Assembly: GCA_963709435.1 (NCBI GenBank)
Contig: CAVPWK010000010.1
Coordinates: forward strand, 111,399-175,398
Direction of reading: 5' to 3'
DNA from: an uncultured Verrucomicrobiae bacterium
GTDB taxonomy: Bacteria; Verrucomicrobiota; Verrucomicrobiia; Chthoniobacterales; UBA10450
DNA length: 64,000 nucleotides
This document shows positions 48,807 to 58,426 of this stretch, piece by piece; positions within the stretch are counted from its first letter, which is position 1, and each line of letters begins with the position of its first letter. Below the pieces are notes generated by a model that did not search any database, was not told where the DNA came from, and was given only the letters and a program-made list of their open reading frames with translations. A program made the position numbers and the translations under genes.

Positions 48807-49805
48807 ATGAACCCAAATTTTCTCAAGCAATGCGCTGCGATTCTGTGCGCGGCTTTCACCCTAACGACTGCCTCGTTGTTCGCGGAAACTTTTACCGAAG
48901 GCAAACAGGTGCCGCCCACCACCCAGAAACTGGGCGTGGGCAATTTCGTCTGGGAGCCGGAGCGCTCACCGGGCGGCCCTGTCCTGATTGTCGTGAGCGT
49001 ACCGGAACAGGTTGCCTATGTTTATCGCAACGGTATCCGGATCGCGCGCACCAGCGTAAGCACTGGTCGCCCCGGACATCCCACCCCGACCGGCGTATTC
49101 GATATTCTGGAAAAGGAAAAAGATCACGTCTCAACGATCTACAAAGGCGCCGAGATGCCGTGGATGGAGCGACTAACCTGGACGGGGATTGCCATGCACG
49201 CGGGTGATCTGCCTGGTTATCCGGATTCGCACGGCTGCGTGCGGCTTCCGTTGGAATTTTCCAAGCTGCTCTACACCGTGACGACGAAAGGCGGGACCGT
49301 CATCATCGCTAACGAGCACTCCGCGCCGCGCGAAACAGTCCACCCGGGAATGCTCTTTTCGCAGACCACGCCGCCGGCGACCGACGCAGGGCTGGCGCCG
49401 GGTCAATTCACCTGGACACCGGAGAAATCAGGCAGCGGACCCGTGACGATCCTTGTCTCGGAACCGGACAAAGTGGTTTACGTCTATCGCAACGGCGTCG
49501 AAATCGGACGCTCGACGATCCGAAGTGTCGGGATCAAAGGCTTGCACATCTTTAGCGCCCTCGATGGCAGGGACGAACAGGGCCGTTCGAAATGGATTCG
49601 TGTGGATGGCAAACCAGCCGCGAACGATCCAAACATTGCCGACATGGCGCAGAAATCCGGCATCGACCAACAATTTATTGTTGGAGTGCGCTCGGTCGTC
49701 ATTCCCGGCACAACCCTCGTCTTCACCGATCAACCAGTGGGTCCTAAGACGCAAAGCGCGCCGGGTTTCAAAATCCTCCGCCCCGGCGAGGTAACCCAAG
49801 GTTAA
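48807..49805 (+). CDS. L,D-transpeptidase (YkuD domain), secreted
   Basis: Signal peptide, then TGRPGHPTPTGVF...GIAMHAGDLPGYPDSHGCVRLP (catalytic His/Cys). A second degenerate YkuD-like repeat lies in the C-terminal half. Confidence 0.85.
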   Translation: MNPNFLKQCAAILCAAFTLTTASLFAETFTEGKQVPPTTQKLGVGNFVWEPERSPGGPVLIVVSVPEQVAYVYRNGIRIARTSVSTGRPGHPTPTGVFDILEKEKDHVSTIYKGAEMPWMERLTWTGIAMHAGDLPGYPDSHGCVRLPLEFSKLLYTVTTKGGTVIIANEHSAPRETVHPGMLFSQTTPPATDAGLAPGQFTWTPEKSGSGPVTILVSEPDKVVYVYRNGVEIGRSTIRSVGIKGLHIFSALDGRDEQGRSKWIRVDGKPAANDPNIADMAQKSGIDQQFIVGVRSVVIPGTTLVFTDQPVGPKTQSAPGFKILRPGEVTQG

Positions 49806-49892
49806 AGTTCAACCAGGGAAATTATGTCTTATAGAGTGTTGTCGGTGAAGCGTAGAGAATTTTGATAGCGGTGAGGTTCGCATATGACTGTT

Positions 49893-50639
49893 TTAGGGCG
49901 TCGGGACCGCGATGCTCGGAGCTTGCGTTGCTGGCAGAATGACAATGGCCAGGCGGCCATCGGTTCGCCACGGATCGCCGCCTCCGTTTCGACCCTCTAA
50001 TTGAGTGTGAAATTTATCGAGCCAGTCGACCTGCGCTGCAGTCGCTTTGGTTAAATCGGCAACGAGCAAATTCCTCTCGGCGTCAACATCCGGTGAAATG
50101 TGATGCGTCACCTGGCCGGTGGTACGACTGAGCTCGACCCTGATGTCGTAGGCCGCCGAACCAATCCAGGCCGGACGATCATCGTACGTCTTGGCCATTT
50201 GCCAGAAGCGCACGTGATGGCGCTCCTTCGGACTGTTCCCGACGGGCTTTTCAAATGCCAGATCTTCTTTCCTTCCGAAAAGATAAAGATTACTGACGGG
50301 AGCCTGGTCATCCGGTTTTCGCAAAACCGTATCCACGACGATTCGAACGCTGCTCCGGAAAGTCAGAGCATCGGCGGGATCCCACTTCGCGGCGATCATC
50401 GCGTGGATGACTTCCTCTTTTGTTCCGACGAGGGCGATATTGAGCGGATCGCCGGGAATCCCGCTGGCCGTGTGCGTCACCCGCGGGCTGTCATCGAAAA
50501 CGGCATGTCGCATTTCGTGATGCTTCCAGAGCCGTGGAAGAATCACGTACGCGACCAGGAAATAGGCTAAGGCCGCGCCGAGCGCGATTCGCGCCCAGTT
50601 CGGGAACGCCCTCTGCTTTTCTGGATTGGCTTCAGGCAC
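49893..50639 (-). CDS. LssY-like C-terminal domain protein, membrane anchored
   Basis: N-terminal TM helix, PLNIALVGTKEEVIHAMIAAKWDPAD and RHHVRFW resemble the LssY_C family. GTG start. Confidence 0.65.
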   Translation of the reverse strand: MPEANPEKQRAFPNWARIALGAALAYFLVAYVILPRLWKHHEMRHAVFDDSPRVTHTASGIPGDPLNIALVGTKEEVIHAMIAAKWDPADALTFRSSVRIVVDTVLRKPDDQAPVSNLYLFGRKEDLAFEKPVGNSPKERHHVRFWQMAKTYDDRPAWIGSAAYDIRVELSRTTGQVTHHISPDVDAERNLLVADLTKATAAQVDWLDKFHTQLEGRNGGGDPWRTDGRLAIVILPATQAPSIAVPTP

Positions 50640-50671
50640 GGCTCGCTTAGCAAACCACGTTCGCGGCCAAA

Positions 50672-50692
50672 GATTGGTACGACTTTGGTCTC
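50672..50692 (-). promoter_or_regulatory. Quasi-palindrome, copy 9 (minus strand)
   Basis: The minus-strand reading is gagaccaaagtcgtaccaatc, about 33 nt upstream of the minus-strand start at 50639. Confidence 0.45.
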
Positions 50693-50872
50693 ACCGGGAC
50701 GCCTTCCGGCCAATGGGGCCTTCAATTCTCCGGGTCGGGAGCTTTGGTTTAGAGCGCAAAGTGTGAGTCAGACTAGCCGGTCGATTAAATTGGGATTGAT
50801 TGCTGTAGGCGGGACTTCGTCTGTCAAGCGCAGACGCAAGCCGACCGGATTGAGGCAAGCGCGCTCACGCGG

Positions 50873-50892
50873 CTACGACCAAAGGCTTATTG
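50873..50892 (+). promoter_or_regulatory. Quasi-palindrome, copy 10 (weaker)
   Basis: ctacgaccaaaggcttattg, 92 nt upstream of ATG 50984. It faces away from copy 9 in the same divergent spacer. Confidence 0.4.
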
Positions 50893-50983
50893 CCGAAGCG
50901 TTTTGTATTGAAAGAATCTCCTAGCGAAATCACCAGCAACTATTAATCTCAGCCTGCAAAAACCTTTTAAAAGCGTTCAAACT

Positions 50984-51433
50984 ATGAAAACCAACTTCGT
51001 CAATTTCACCTTCGCGAGTCTCACATTCCTCCTGATTGCCGGATGCGCATCAGAGACCAAAGCCCCGAGTACGCCACCCTCGGCCACTGTCACCATTCAC
51101 GAGTGGTCGGCTGCCTATTACGCTCAGGCTGAAGCCGGAAAGGGCACTCTGTATTACAACGGTGGGCTGCATCGTTTCACCATCTCTGGTGGGGGCCTTG
51201 GCGGCTCGGGCGCTCAAAAGGTCAATGCCACCGGCAAGGTCTATAATCTAAACAGGCTCTCCGATTTCTCCGGAACTTACCATGGCGTCAGTAACGGACT
51301 CACACTGATCGAGGGGCACATGCATGCGAAGCTGACGAATCAGAATGGCGTGGTCATGTATATCGCCGGCCAGACTGAAGGCCTGGCTTCCTCCCTTGGA
51401 GCGCAAGCATTTTCGGTTCAGTTAACCCATTGA
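50984..51433 (+). CDS. Hypothetical lipoprotein (possibly DUF1134-like)
   Basis: Lipobox LLIAGCA. The Gly-rich beta pattern GGGLGGSGAQKVNATGKVYNLNRLSDFSGTY supports only a tentative family assignment. Confidence 0.6.
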   Translation: MKTNFVNFTFASLTFLLIAGCASETKAPSTPPSATVTIHEWSAAYYAQAEAGKGTLYYNGGLHRFTISGGGLGGSGAQKVNATGKVYNLNRLSDFSGTYHGVSNGLTLIEGHMHAKLTNQNGVVMYIAGQTEGLASSLGAQAFSVQLTH

Positions 51434-51475
51434 CGAAGGAAACAGCCAAACTTTCGCGTTGTTATCAAGCGAAAC

Positions 51476-51493
51476 CAGTGCCTTAGTCTGGCC
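51476..51493 (+). promoter_or_regulatory. Quasi-palindrome, copy 11 (weak)
   Basis: cagtgccttagtctggcc shares the CCTTAGTC core with the copies at 55427 and 57746. It lies 60 nt upstream of ATG 51553. Confidence 0.3.
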
Positions 51494-51552
51494 AGTGCTG
51501 GCTTGATGCCTGGTCTGGAGGGAATCTGGTTTTGGTAAGTAACCCCTAAAGA

Positions 51553-52386
51553 ATGCTGGAACATCTTTTTTGCCCTAATCGCCATCTTGGATGGGTGCGA
51601 CGCCCGATCGCGACAGTCGCCGTCATTGCCCTTTTAAGTGTGTTGTCCGCGGCAGCATTCGCCGCTAACCCCGCGGAAGAGATGGCCAAGTCGGGAGCCA
51701 CTGGAGGCATCGATCCCAAGGGCAATTCGTGGGTGTCGATCCAGCAAAGTCTTCAACAGTTCGGACATCCGGAATTCATACTGCGGCTGTTCCTCAGCCT
51801 AAGTCTGGCAGTGGGCTGTGCGTACGCAATCGCGTGGCATCCGCGGCGGGCGTCGCTTGCCGATCCGCTTGCCGATCTTGAGGAACGCAAGGCGCTCATC
51901 CTCCTTGGTGTTGTCGGGGCGATTGTCGCTGAACTGAGCGGGACCAGCCAGACGCTCGCCTTTGTCATTTTCGGCATCGGCGCGCTATTGCGATTTCGGA
52001 CCGTGCTCGATAATCCGAAACTTACCGGGAAAGCAATCATGGTCGTGGTCATCGGACTCGCTTGCGGCATGGGATCGTGGGCGATGGCCGTGTTTGTTAC
52101 CCTCTTCGGTTGGCTACTCGTCTACTGGCTCGATTCGCACTCGAGCTGCCGGGTCAGAATTCGACTCGACGACCAGGAGGATCCGAAACCGATCTTTGGC
52201 ATGGTGCAATCGTTGCTCGTGTCCCACAAGTGTCGCCTTCAGAGTTCAGCGCTCTACGAAGACAAGGGACAGATGGTGTTCCTTCTCTACATCCCGACGG
52301 GAGTAGATCCAAGACAGCTGGAGGCAGAGGTGCGATCGAGGCTGCGAAAGAACCGCGTTTCCAAGATCACTGTTGACGTGGTGTAG
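51553..52386 (+). CDS. Polytopic membrane protein, DUF4956-like
   Basis: GIGALLRFRTVLDNPKLTGKAIMVVVIGLACGMG resembles the DUF4956 core. Family assignment is tentative. Confidence 0.5.
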   Translation: MLEHLFCPNRHLGWVRRPIATVAVIALLSVLSAAAFAANPAEEMAKSGATGGIDPKGNSWVSIQQSLQQFGHPEFILRLFLSLSLAVGCAYAIAWHPRRASLADPLADLEERKALILLGVVGAIVAELSGTSQTLAFVIFGIGALLRFRTVLDNPKLTGKAIMVVVIGLACGMGSWAMAVFVTLFGWLLVYWLDSHSSCRVRIRLDDQEDPKPIFGMVQSLLVSHKCRLQSSALYEDKGQMVFLLYIPTGVDPRQLEAEVRSRLRKNRVSKITVDVV

Positions 52387-52419
52387 GAGCACCTGATTCA
52401 TGTAGGGAATTCTTACGCT

Positions 52420-53105
52420 GAGCGCCAAGGGCGCTCTGTTATGTCAGCCTGGGGCAGCGCTCCAGGAATCCGATTATCCCCAAGATAACCAAGCGCTGAA
52501 AGCGCGTCTCAATCCAGCGTGGCTTCTCAATCCCAGACATATCGCTCGTCGAAATCAACGCCGTGCCTGCGAAGCAACTCGCGGTATTCCTCCTGAAAGA
52601 TGCGAGTGCGATGGTGTTCTTGTTGCGTGTCAACGTATTCCAGTACGGCCTCGAGCTGACTCGGGCTCACCGAAAACGCGCCATACCCACGCTGCCAGAA
52701 AAAGCTGCGATAGCGAGCATCAAGTGTTTTGATCCATTTCGAGGATACCTTCTTTATCTGCTCGATCAATTGAGCTTGGGAAACGGTTCGCGGCAGCGTC
52801 GTGACAATGTGAACATGATCAGCGACGCCGCCAACGCGCACCACTTCGGTACCGAGGTCGCGGCAGACTGTCGCCAAGTAAGCATGCATCCGTGGCCGTA
52901 CGTCTAAACCAAGCCAAGGCTCGCGATCTTTCGTGCTAAAGATGATGTGAACGATGACCTTACTTAGCGATTGAGGCATAGCATCAATAATGGAATGGAA
53001 TGACTCGGAAGTGAATCGCGCTTTCAGCGCTGGCGCTTTTCTTTGGGTCCCATGAATCCTGGGGCGCTGCCCCAGGCTCGCGTTGAATTGCGCGCCTTTG
53101 GCGCT
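52420..53105. mobile_element. REPtron: RAYT gene flanked by mirrored triple hairpin repeats
   Basis: Left flank hairpins are A 52420-52436 (gagcgccaagggcgctc), B 52448-52466 (cctggggcagcgctccagg) and C 52492-52506 (agcgctgaaagcgcg). The right flank carries their reverse complements in mirrored order: C' 53017-53031, B' 53058-53076, A' 53092-53105. Confidence 0.75.
52527..52979 (-). CDS. REP-associated tyrosine transposase (IS200/IS605-like Y1 transposase)
   Basis: HUH motif (ADHVHIVTT) and a catalytic-Tyr region (LEYVDTQQEHH). About 150 aa from the internal Met MPQSLSKVIVHIIFSTKDR. The upstream part of the track ORF is repeat DNA. Confidence 0.85.
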   Translation of the reverse strand: MPQSLSKVIVHIIFSTKDREPWLGLDVRPRMHAYLATVCRDLGTEVVRVGGVADHVHIVTTLPRTVSQAQLIEQIKKVSSKWIKTLDARYRSFFWQRGYGAFSVSPSQLEAVLEYVDTQQEHHRTRIFQEEYRELLRRHGVDFDERYVWD

Positions 53106-53188
53106 AAGCACGTACAAGAGACCCTCTGCTGATTTGTCAGCAACGTGCGTGTTGACATTCCCCGCACGCGCCTGATCTATTCACTGCT

Positions 53189-53830
53189 GTGAAGGGCGCC
53201 CTATTCCCCGCTGTGTTGGTGGCCTTTGTTATTGGCCCAGCGTTCGCAAAATCCGTGACAGCGGGTGAAGTGACTTTCGTGTCGCCTTGTGAGTGTCAGG
53301 GCCAAAAGGACGGTACTCGCTGGCCGGTCAAAACCGATCCGTCGCCTGTGCCTTTGGACAAGTCGACCATTCAATCAGTGACACCATCGCAGATCTACCG
53401 GTGGAAAGGACCAGGGCCCGATGTGCCTTTGACGCCCAAGACGGATACGAGAATCGCAGCTGAACAAAAATGGTATAACCTCACTGGCCGCCTCGACAGC
53501 GTAAAAGTTGAAGACGATGGTGACATTACGCTTGTGCTCAAAGACGCCGAAGGCAAGAAAACGGGAAGTGTTGGTGCCGAAATTCCCGTCGGCTCCACAT
53601 GGTGTGAGCTTCGGCAGACTGTTTTCGCTTGGACAACCCAGAGCTTTCCTTTCAGTTTCAAGGAATCCCAAAGGCTCGAAATGCGCGAGACGCATATAAT
53701 CACGGTCACAGGCCGGGCCTTTTTCGATGTCGATCACGCGCCTGCGGATCATTCAAACCGACGAACTACACCAAAGAAATTCGCAGTTTGGGAAATTCAT
53801 CCCGTGATGGCGCTGCACGTTGATCAATAG
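53189..53830 (+). CDS. Secreted hypothetical protein
   Basis: GTG start and a signal peptide. The DGDITLVLKD ... FFDVDH ... WEIHPV pattern recurs in uncharacterised proteins. No function known to me. Confidence 0.55.
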   Translation: MKGALFPAVLVAFVIGPAFAKSVTAGEVTFVSPCECQGQKDGTRWPVKTDPSPVPLDKSTIQSVTPSQIYRWKGPGPDVPLTPKTDTRIAAEQKWYNLTGRLDSVKVEDDGDITLVLKDAEGKKTGSVGAEIPVGSTWCELRQTVFAWTTQSFPFSFKESQRLEMRETHIITVTGRAFFDVDHAPADHSNRRTTPKKFAVWEIHPVMALHVDQ

Positions 53831-54064
53831 CTCGGCCGCACGCCGTCGGCGCCCAGCTATTGTCCCGGACTGCCAATGCAGTAGCATCTCCGCATTGAAA
53901 GCGGGAAAGGGGCCAGCATTGACGAGAAGTATTGCCTTAAAGTCCTACAGCCATCCCCAACATCTGCTTGTGAGAAAGAGCGCATTTGGCGCTAAACGTA
54001 AAAAATTCCCTCTATCGGATCCTCGCTAACGCGCACATTGACATTCATCCCACGCACAACAACG

Positions 54065-54655
54065 ATGACGTTCATGCATCGGCGTCTCTTCATCGCGATC
54101 TTTTTTGCGTATGCGCTGGTATTCGTAGCGCATGCACAAGATGGACCAAAAAATTCTGTCGTGCTGATAATTCGTCATGCGGAAGACGCCGATAGCGGCG
54201 ACGGTATCTCGCCCCTGGGCCAGGAGCGGGCCGAAGCATACAAGAATTACTTCCGAGAATTCACTTTGGATTCCAAGCGGCTGGAACCCGAAGCTATCTT
54301 CGCTGCTAAGGACTCAAAACAAAGCCATCGCCCTCGTCTAACGGTCGAACCGTTCGCAAAAGCGGCAAAATTGCCAATCGATACCCGCTTTGGCAACAGT
54401 CAATCCGTTGAACTGGCCGCTGACTTGCGCGCAAACCACCAGGGGAAAGTGATTCTCATCTGCTGGCGTCACAGATATATACCGGCTCTGATGCGTGCGC
54501 TCGGCGCAAAGCCAGAAGACTTTCTGCCGAATGGTAGATGGCCAGGTTCGGTCTCCAATTGGGTTATCTTGCTCAGCTATGATCAAGACGGACGATTGAT
54601 TCCGTCGAGCTCGAAAAGGATCGACGAACATTTAATACCGGGCGACTCTCAGTAG
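54065..54655 (+). CDS. Histidine phosphatase family protein, secreted
   Basis: Signal peptide from the internal Met MTFMHRRLFIAIFFAYALVFVAHA, an RHAE catalytic motif (VLIIRHAED) and a later CWRH. Confidence 0.7.
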   Translation: MTFMHRRLFIAIFFAYALVFVAHAQDGPKNSVVLIIRHAEDADSGDGISPLGQERAEAYKNYFREFTLDSKRLEPEAIFAAKDSKQSHRPRLTVEPFAKAAKLPIDTRFGNSQSVELAADLRANHQGKVILICWRHRYIPALMRALGAKPEDFLPNGRWPGSVSNWVILLSYDQDGRLIPSSSKRIDEHLIPGDSQ

Positions 54656-54681
54656 TCAGGTGTGATTTCCGTGAAACTAGG

Positions 54682-55377
54682 TTGGCTATGCTAGAGTCGG
54701 TTGGACCGATAGGCTACGTAATTAGAACACTGAACCAAGTGCGCGAGAAAGGCCGTTCTTCTCAGTCCCGTTTTGAAGCGATTGAAATTATCGAGGCGGT
54801 GATCCTCGCCCTGGTCGCCGTGGCTACGGCATGGAGCGGCTATCAGGCAGCAGAGTGGGCGGGAAAGCGTGCAGAGCAATACGCCGAGGCGACTCGGCTC
54901 CGCGTCACTGCTGAAGGGCTGGTCACCCTGGCAGGACAGGAGCGGATCTACGACAGCGACACGTTCAATAGTTGGCTCGCCGCCAAGCTCAATGGTAAAG
55001 AAGAGGCCGCGGAGTTCTTTGAGCGGCGCTTTCGTGACGAATACCGCCCCGCATTCGCAGCCTGGTTGCGTGCCGATCCTTTCAAGAACGCGCAAGCGCC
55101 TCCGGGCCCAATCTTCATGCCCGAGTACCACAACGCCAAGCACGAGCAGTTCCTTAGTTTGAATAAGCAAGCTGCGGAGATAGCCGACCGAGGCACAAAA
55201 TCCGGAGAAACTGGAGACGAATACGTACGCATCACGGTTCTCCTGGCTACCGTGCTTTTAATCACGGCGATTGGACAGCGCTTTAGTTTCAAGGCTGTGC
55301 GGATCGCTTTTATGATTCTTGCCTGCCTGTTGCTGTGCTTGCCTCTGTTGCAATTGCTTACGCTGCCCCGCATCTGA
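54682..55377 (+). CDS. Membrane protein with N- and C-terminal TM helices (DUF4337-like topology)
   Basis: TTG start, TM helices IIEAVILALVAVATAW and ITVLLATVLLITAIG, and a helical middle region. The family label is tentative. Confidence 0.5.
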   Translation: MAMLESVGPIGYVIRTLNQVREKGRSSQSRFEAIEIIEAVILALVAVATAWSGYQAAEWAGKRAEQYAEATRLRVTAEGLVTLAGQERIYDSDTFNSWLAAKLNGKEEAAEFFERRFRDEYRPAFAAWLRADPFKNAQAPPGPIFMPEYHNAKHEQFLSLNKQAAEIADRGTKSGETGDEYVRITVLLATVLLITAIGQRFSFKAVRIAFMILACLLLCLPLLQLLTLPRI

Positions 55378-55426
55378 ATCGTAAATCGATTGCATAGCCG
55401 CTCAAGTCCGTCCGGTAGGACGGCCA

Positions 55427-55447
55427 CATAAGACCTTAGTCCTATGG
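55427..55447 (+). promoter_or_regulatory. Quasi-palindrome, copy 12 (GACC-TTAG-TCC variant)
   Basis: cataagaccttagtcctatgg, 79 nt upstream of ATG 55526. Confidence 0.45.
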
Positions 55448-55525
55448 CTCCCGAGTCCAGGACACGGCAGCATTCCTGAACGGGATTGAGGCTTTATCCA
55501 AACTACTGAACTGCATCGGTTTTCC

Positions 55526-56158
55526 ATGGTTCAACTGCTGCTCGCTCTCGCGCTGCTCCTCTTCTGCGCGCCTTTTGTCGAAGAAATCAAAGGCGGAGAT
55601 TTCATTGTCTCGCTCCTGCTTTCTCTGGTGTTGATCTCCGCCGTCCTTGCCGTCGCCGGTCGTCGCAGCACGCTAATTATCGCGCTCTTGCTGGCGATCC
55701 CAGCGCTCGTGGGCCGGTGGATAAATTATTTCCGGCCGGAGTTGGTTCCCCCTGCCGTATTTCTTACCGCAGGACTCGCCTTGATTGCTTTCGCAGTGGC
55801 GAATTTGCTCCGCTTCGTTTTGCGTGCCCCTTCGGTAAACACCGACGTACTTTGCGCAAGCATTTCAGCTTATCTGATGCTCGGTTTGTTGTGGACGTTA
55901 GCTTACTGGCTCGTGGATCAGTTGAATCAGGAAGCCTTCACCTTCAACACGACCAACGGAACGAAAGAGACGATGGCAGGTTTCAACGCCTTCTACTTCA
56001 GCTTCATCACGCTGAGCACGGTCGGCTATGGCGATATCATCCCGGTTTCGAAAGTCGCCCGTATGCTTGCGGCAACAGAAGCCATGACCGGGGTGCTCTA
56101 TGTCGCGGTCCTGATTGCGCGGTTGGTCGGCCTTTATTCAGCTCCAAAATCTCAATGA
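55526..56158 (+). CDS. Potassium channel family protein (two-TM pore type with extra N-terminal helices)
   Basis: The selectivity filter TVGYGD lies in FITLSTVGYGDIIP. Confidence 0.85.
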   Translation: MVQLLLALALLLFCAPFVEEIKGGDFIVSLLLSLVLISAVLAVAGRRSTLIIALLLAIPALVGRWINYFRPELVPPAVFLTAGLALIAFAVANLLRFVLRAPSVNTDVLCASISAYLMLGLLWTLAYWLVDQLNQEAFTFNTTNGTKETMAGFNAFYFSFITLSTVGYGDIIPVSKVARMLAATEAMTGVLYVAVLIARLVGLYSAPKSQ

Positions 56159-56230
56159 TTCCTACGCTTGTCCTTTAGGATTCCTGATTTCAGTGGTTAA
56201 CTACTCCGGGGAATGCTTGTCCCGGTTTAG

Positions 56231-57650
56231 CTACCGCAGATCGGGGGCCTTCGGTGCGACCCTTGGCTTGGGTTGAATTACCAGGCCGCCCGGGCCCAGC
56301 GGGAATTCCATGCGAAACAGCGCGCCGAACATGGCGATGGAGTTATCGCTCCACAATCCTCCATGCCCCCAAATAATGTCCTTGGGCACGCGCACGATCC
56401 AATAGGGCACGCGGGCGTTGCCGCTATACTCAAATTTCCATTTCCGCCAGACTTCTTTTCCAGTCGGTGGATGGACATCACCGGGAGTGTATTCGCCATT
56501 GTGACAAAAGCTGTTTCTCATGGCCGTCGTTATGCTCGCTCGTATAAAATGAAAAATCGGGATGGTTTTGCTTGATATTGGCTTCGAAAGCCCTGTTCTC
56601 AGTCGCGCGCAGACCTGACGGCGGGCTGGTTTCTCCGAGCGAAACGACATGGTAATTGATGAGGTAATGATTGTTGCCCGGCGTATGGGTATAAAATTCG
56701 TTTTCCGAAACCTTTTCGCCGTGGTGACCGGGCACCGGCACCTTTTGCCAATGAAAATGAAGGGCGGCCACATCGATGACTCCTTGGCCGATGGGAAAGA
56801 TCTGTCCGGTGGCCGAATCATTCTCAGATTGGAGAAGGACCAGGGCCGGGCGGTTTTCGCTAACGGCGGCTGTGTCTTCGCCCAGGTTACCACGGCTGAC
56901 GTAGGCGCGCTTCTGCGGGTCGTACTTATATAGATAGTCGAACTCCGACATCAGCTGCCGGGTGGTGATGGAACTATCGGCTGAGTTAAAGGCCACAGCC
57001 ATGTCCCAGGCGCTGGAGCTGCGGCCGCCTTCGCCATTGGCGCCGAGGATCGAGTGAGAGATCGTGTTCCCAAGCACCAAAGCGCCGAATGAATGTCCGA
57101 GTAGAACGGTGTGATGGTAGTCTTTGCCGGGTTCACGGGCTGCGACGGCGAGTTCTTCGATGCTTGCCAGGCAACTGTTCGCCCCGGCGATCCCTCCGCC
57201 AGCGGACTTGCGGCTCCAGAACGTCAGGAAATTCAGTCCTGGCACGGTAAGATCTTTTCCACGCCAGCCGATGTAAACGCCAATGACATTGATCTTTCGT
57301 CCCGTGAATTCGGGAAAACTGGAAACCATGTCGAGAAAATGCTCGAACCGGCAGACGTCGGCTGAAGTGGCATTGTTTTGCCAGCCATGAATGTAAACGA
57401 AAAGCAGAGGACGTTTTGCTTCATGGATGGCCTCAAGAGCCGCTTTTCGTTGTGAATTATCCAGAGGCGATCCCTGATCGCCAAACTCGATGAAGGCTAA
57501 TTTGTAGCGCCCATCGGCAGGCCCGCGGACCGAGTTGTTAGGATTAGCGGCGGTGTTGGCGTGATACGGCCCATAAGATGCGCACGAAACCAACAGCATC
57601 GCCAAAGCAAGTCTGGCGATGCTCGAAGATCGCGCGCTAAGGTTTCGCAT
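56231..57650 (-). pseudogene. Alpha/beta hydrolase lipoprotein, C-terminal part in another frame
   Basis: Lipobox MLLVSCAS from the internal Met MRNLSAR and the nucleophile elbow GHSFG are in ORF 56478..57878. The coding-looking tail (GNARVPYWIVRVPKDIIWGHGGLWSDNS) is in ORF 56231..56893. The shift lies somewhere in 56480-56600. Confidence 0.6.
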
Positions 57651-57745
57651 TCGCGTGTGTGCTCGAATTTTTCGCCCCCGGCAGTTCCTTATGAAAGCTG
57701 CTCCGGGAACGCAAGCGTAAATATTGGCGTCGGGGTCGGGAAACC

Positions 57746-57768
57746 AACTGGACCTTAGTCTTATATAC
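57746..57768 (+). promoter_or_regulatory. Quasi-palindrome, copy 13
   Basis: aactggaccttagtcttatatac sits in the divergent spacer, 156 nt upstream of ATG 57924. Confidence 0.45.
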
Positions 57769-57923
57769 GGGCGCAGGCGAGCGCTACAGATTCCTGCTTC
57801 AACCGCCGCAAATGAACTGTTGCGACAATCCAGCAAAGCTCGCACGTCACCGCACCAACCAACAAAATATGAGGTCAAGGCGGTTCATTGGGGCGACCCG
57901 CATTTCTTCTAAGAGTGAGTCGC

Positions 57924-58118
57924 ATGAAAGTCTTTTCCAAACTTAAGGAAGAGTTTTTCAAGATACTCCCGCCATCATTTGGCCACTTCTGGGCCATCCA
58001 GATCATTCTATTCGTGCTCATTGCCATCTATTGCACGATACATGAATTGGCGCGCGTCATCGGAAAAGAAAAAATACTTCGAATATTTTTCGGGCCTATG
58101 CCCGCCCCGCAAGTGTGA
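57924..58118 (+). CDS. Small membrane protein (64 aa)
   Basis: MKVFSKLKEEFFKILPPSFGHFWAIQIILFVLIAIYCTIHEL has one TM helix. The local region is AT-richer than its surroundings. Confidence 0.4.
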   Translation: MKVFSKLKEEFFKILPPSFGHFWAIQIILFVLIAIYCTIHELARVIGKEKILRIFFGPMPAPQV

Positions 58119-58260
58119 CGGTGGAGACCCAGCCAACACGCTGCTCATCTAAAGCGATTTATTAGCTAACAAGGAGTGGAAGCGAGGCGGTTTTCTAAAT
58201 TTTCCTGATCATTAGCAGTGCGATTTGAACCGATCGCGTTTCGTCACGGCGGGATATGTT

Positions 58261-58281
58261 CTACGACTAAGGTCCCATATT
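58261..58281 (+). promoter_or_regulatory. Quasi-palindrome, copy 14
   Basis: ctacgactaaggtcccatatt, 146 nt upstream of ATG 58427. Confidence 0.45.
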
Positions 58282-58426
58282 CAGGCCTCCGGTTACTCGC
58301 AGACATTATCGCTCTTCCATTATTCACCGTTCGGGTACTCGCGTGGACTTGGAAGGACAACAACATTCAATCCGGGTCCATGAGACCACTTCGCAAACAA
58401 CCTCAACCAAACAAGCAATAAACAAC

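Noticed and set aside
56159-56230. Palindrome gtcctttaggat in the convergent spacer after the K+ channel gene, considered as a 17th motif copy.
   Set aside because: The arms are in the opposite order (GTCC...GGAT rather than GGAC...GTCC), there is no TATA-like tail, and no gene lies downstream. It is more likely a terminator-type hairpin.
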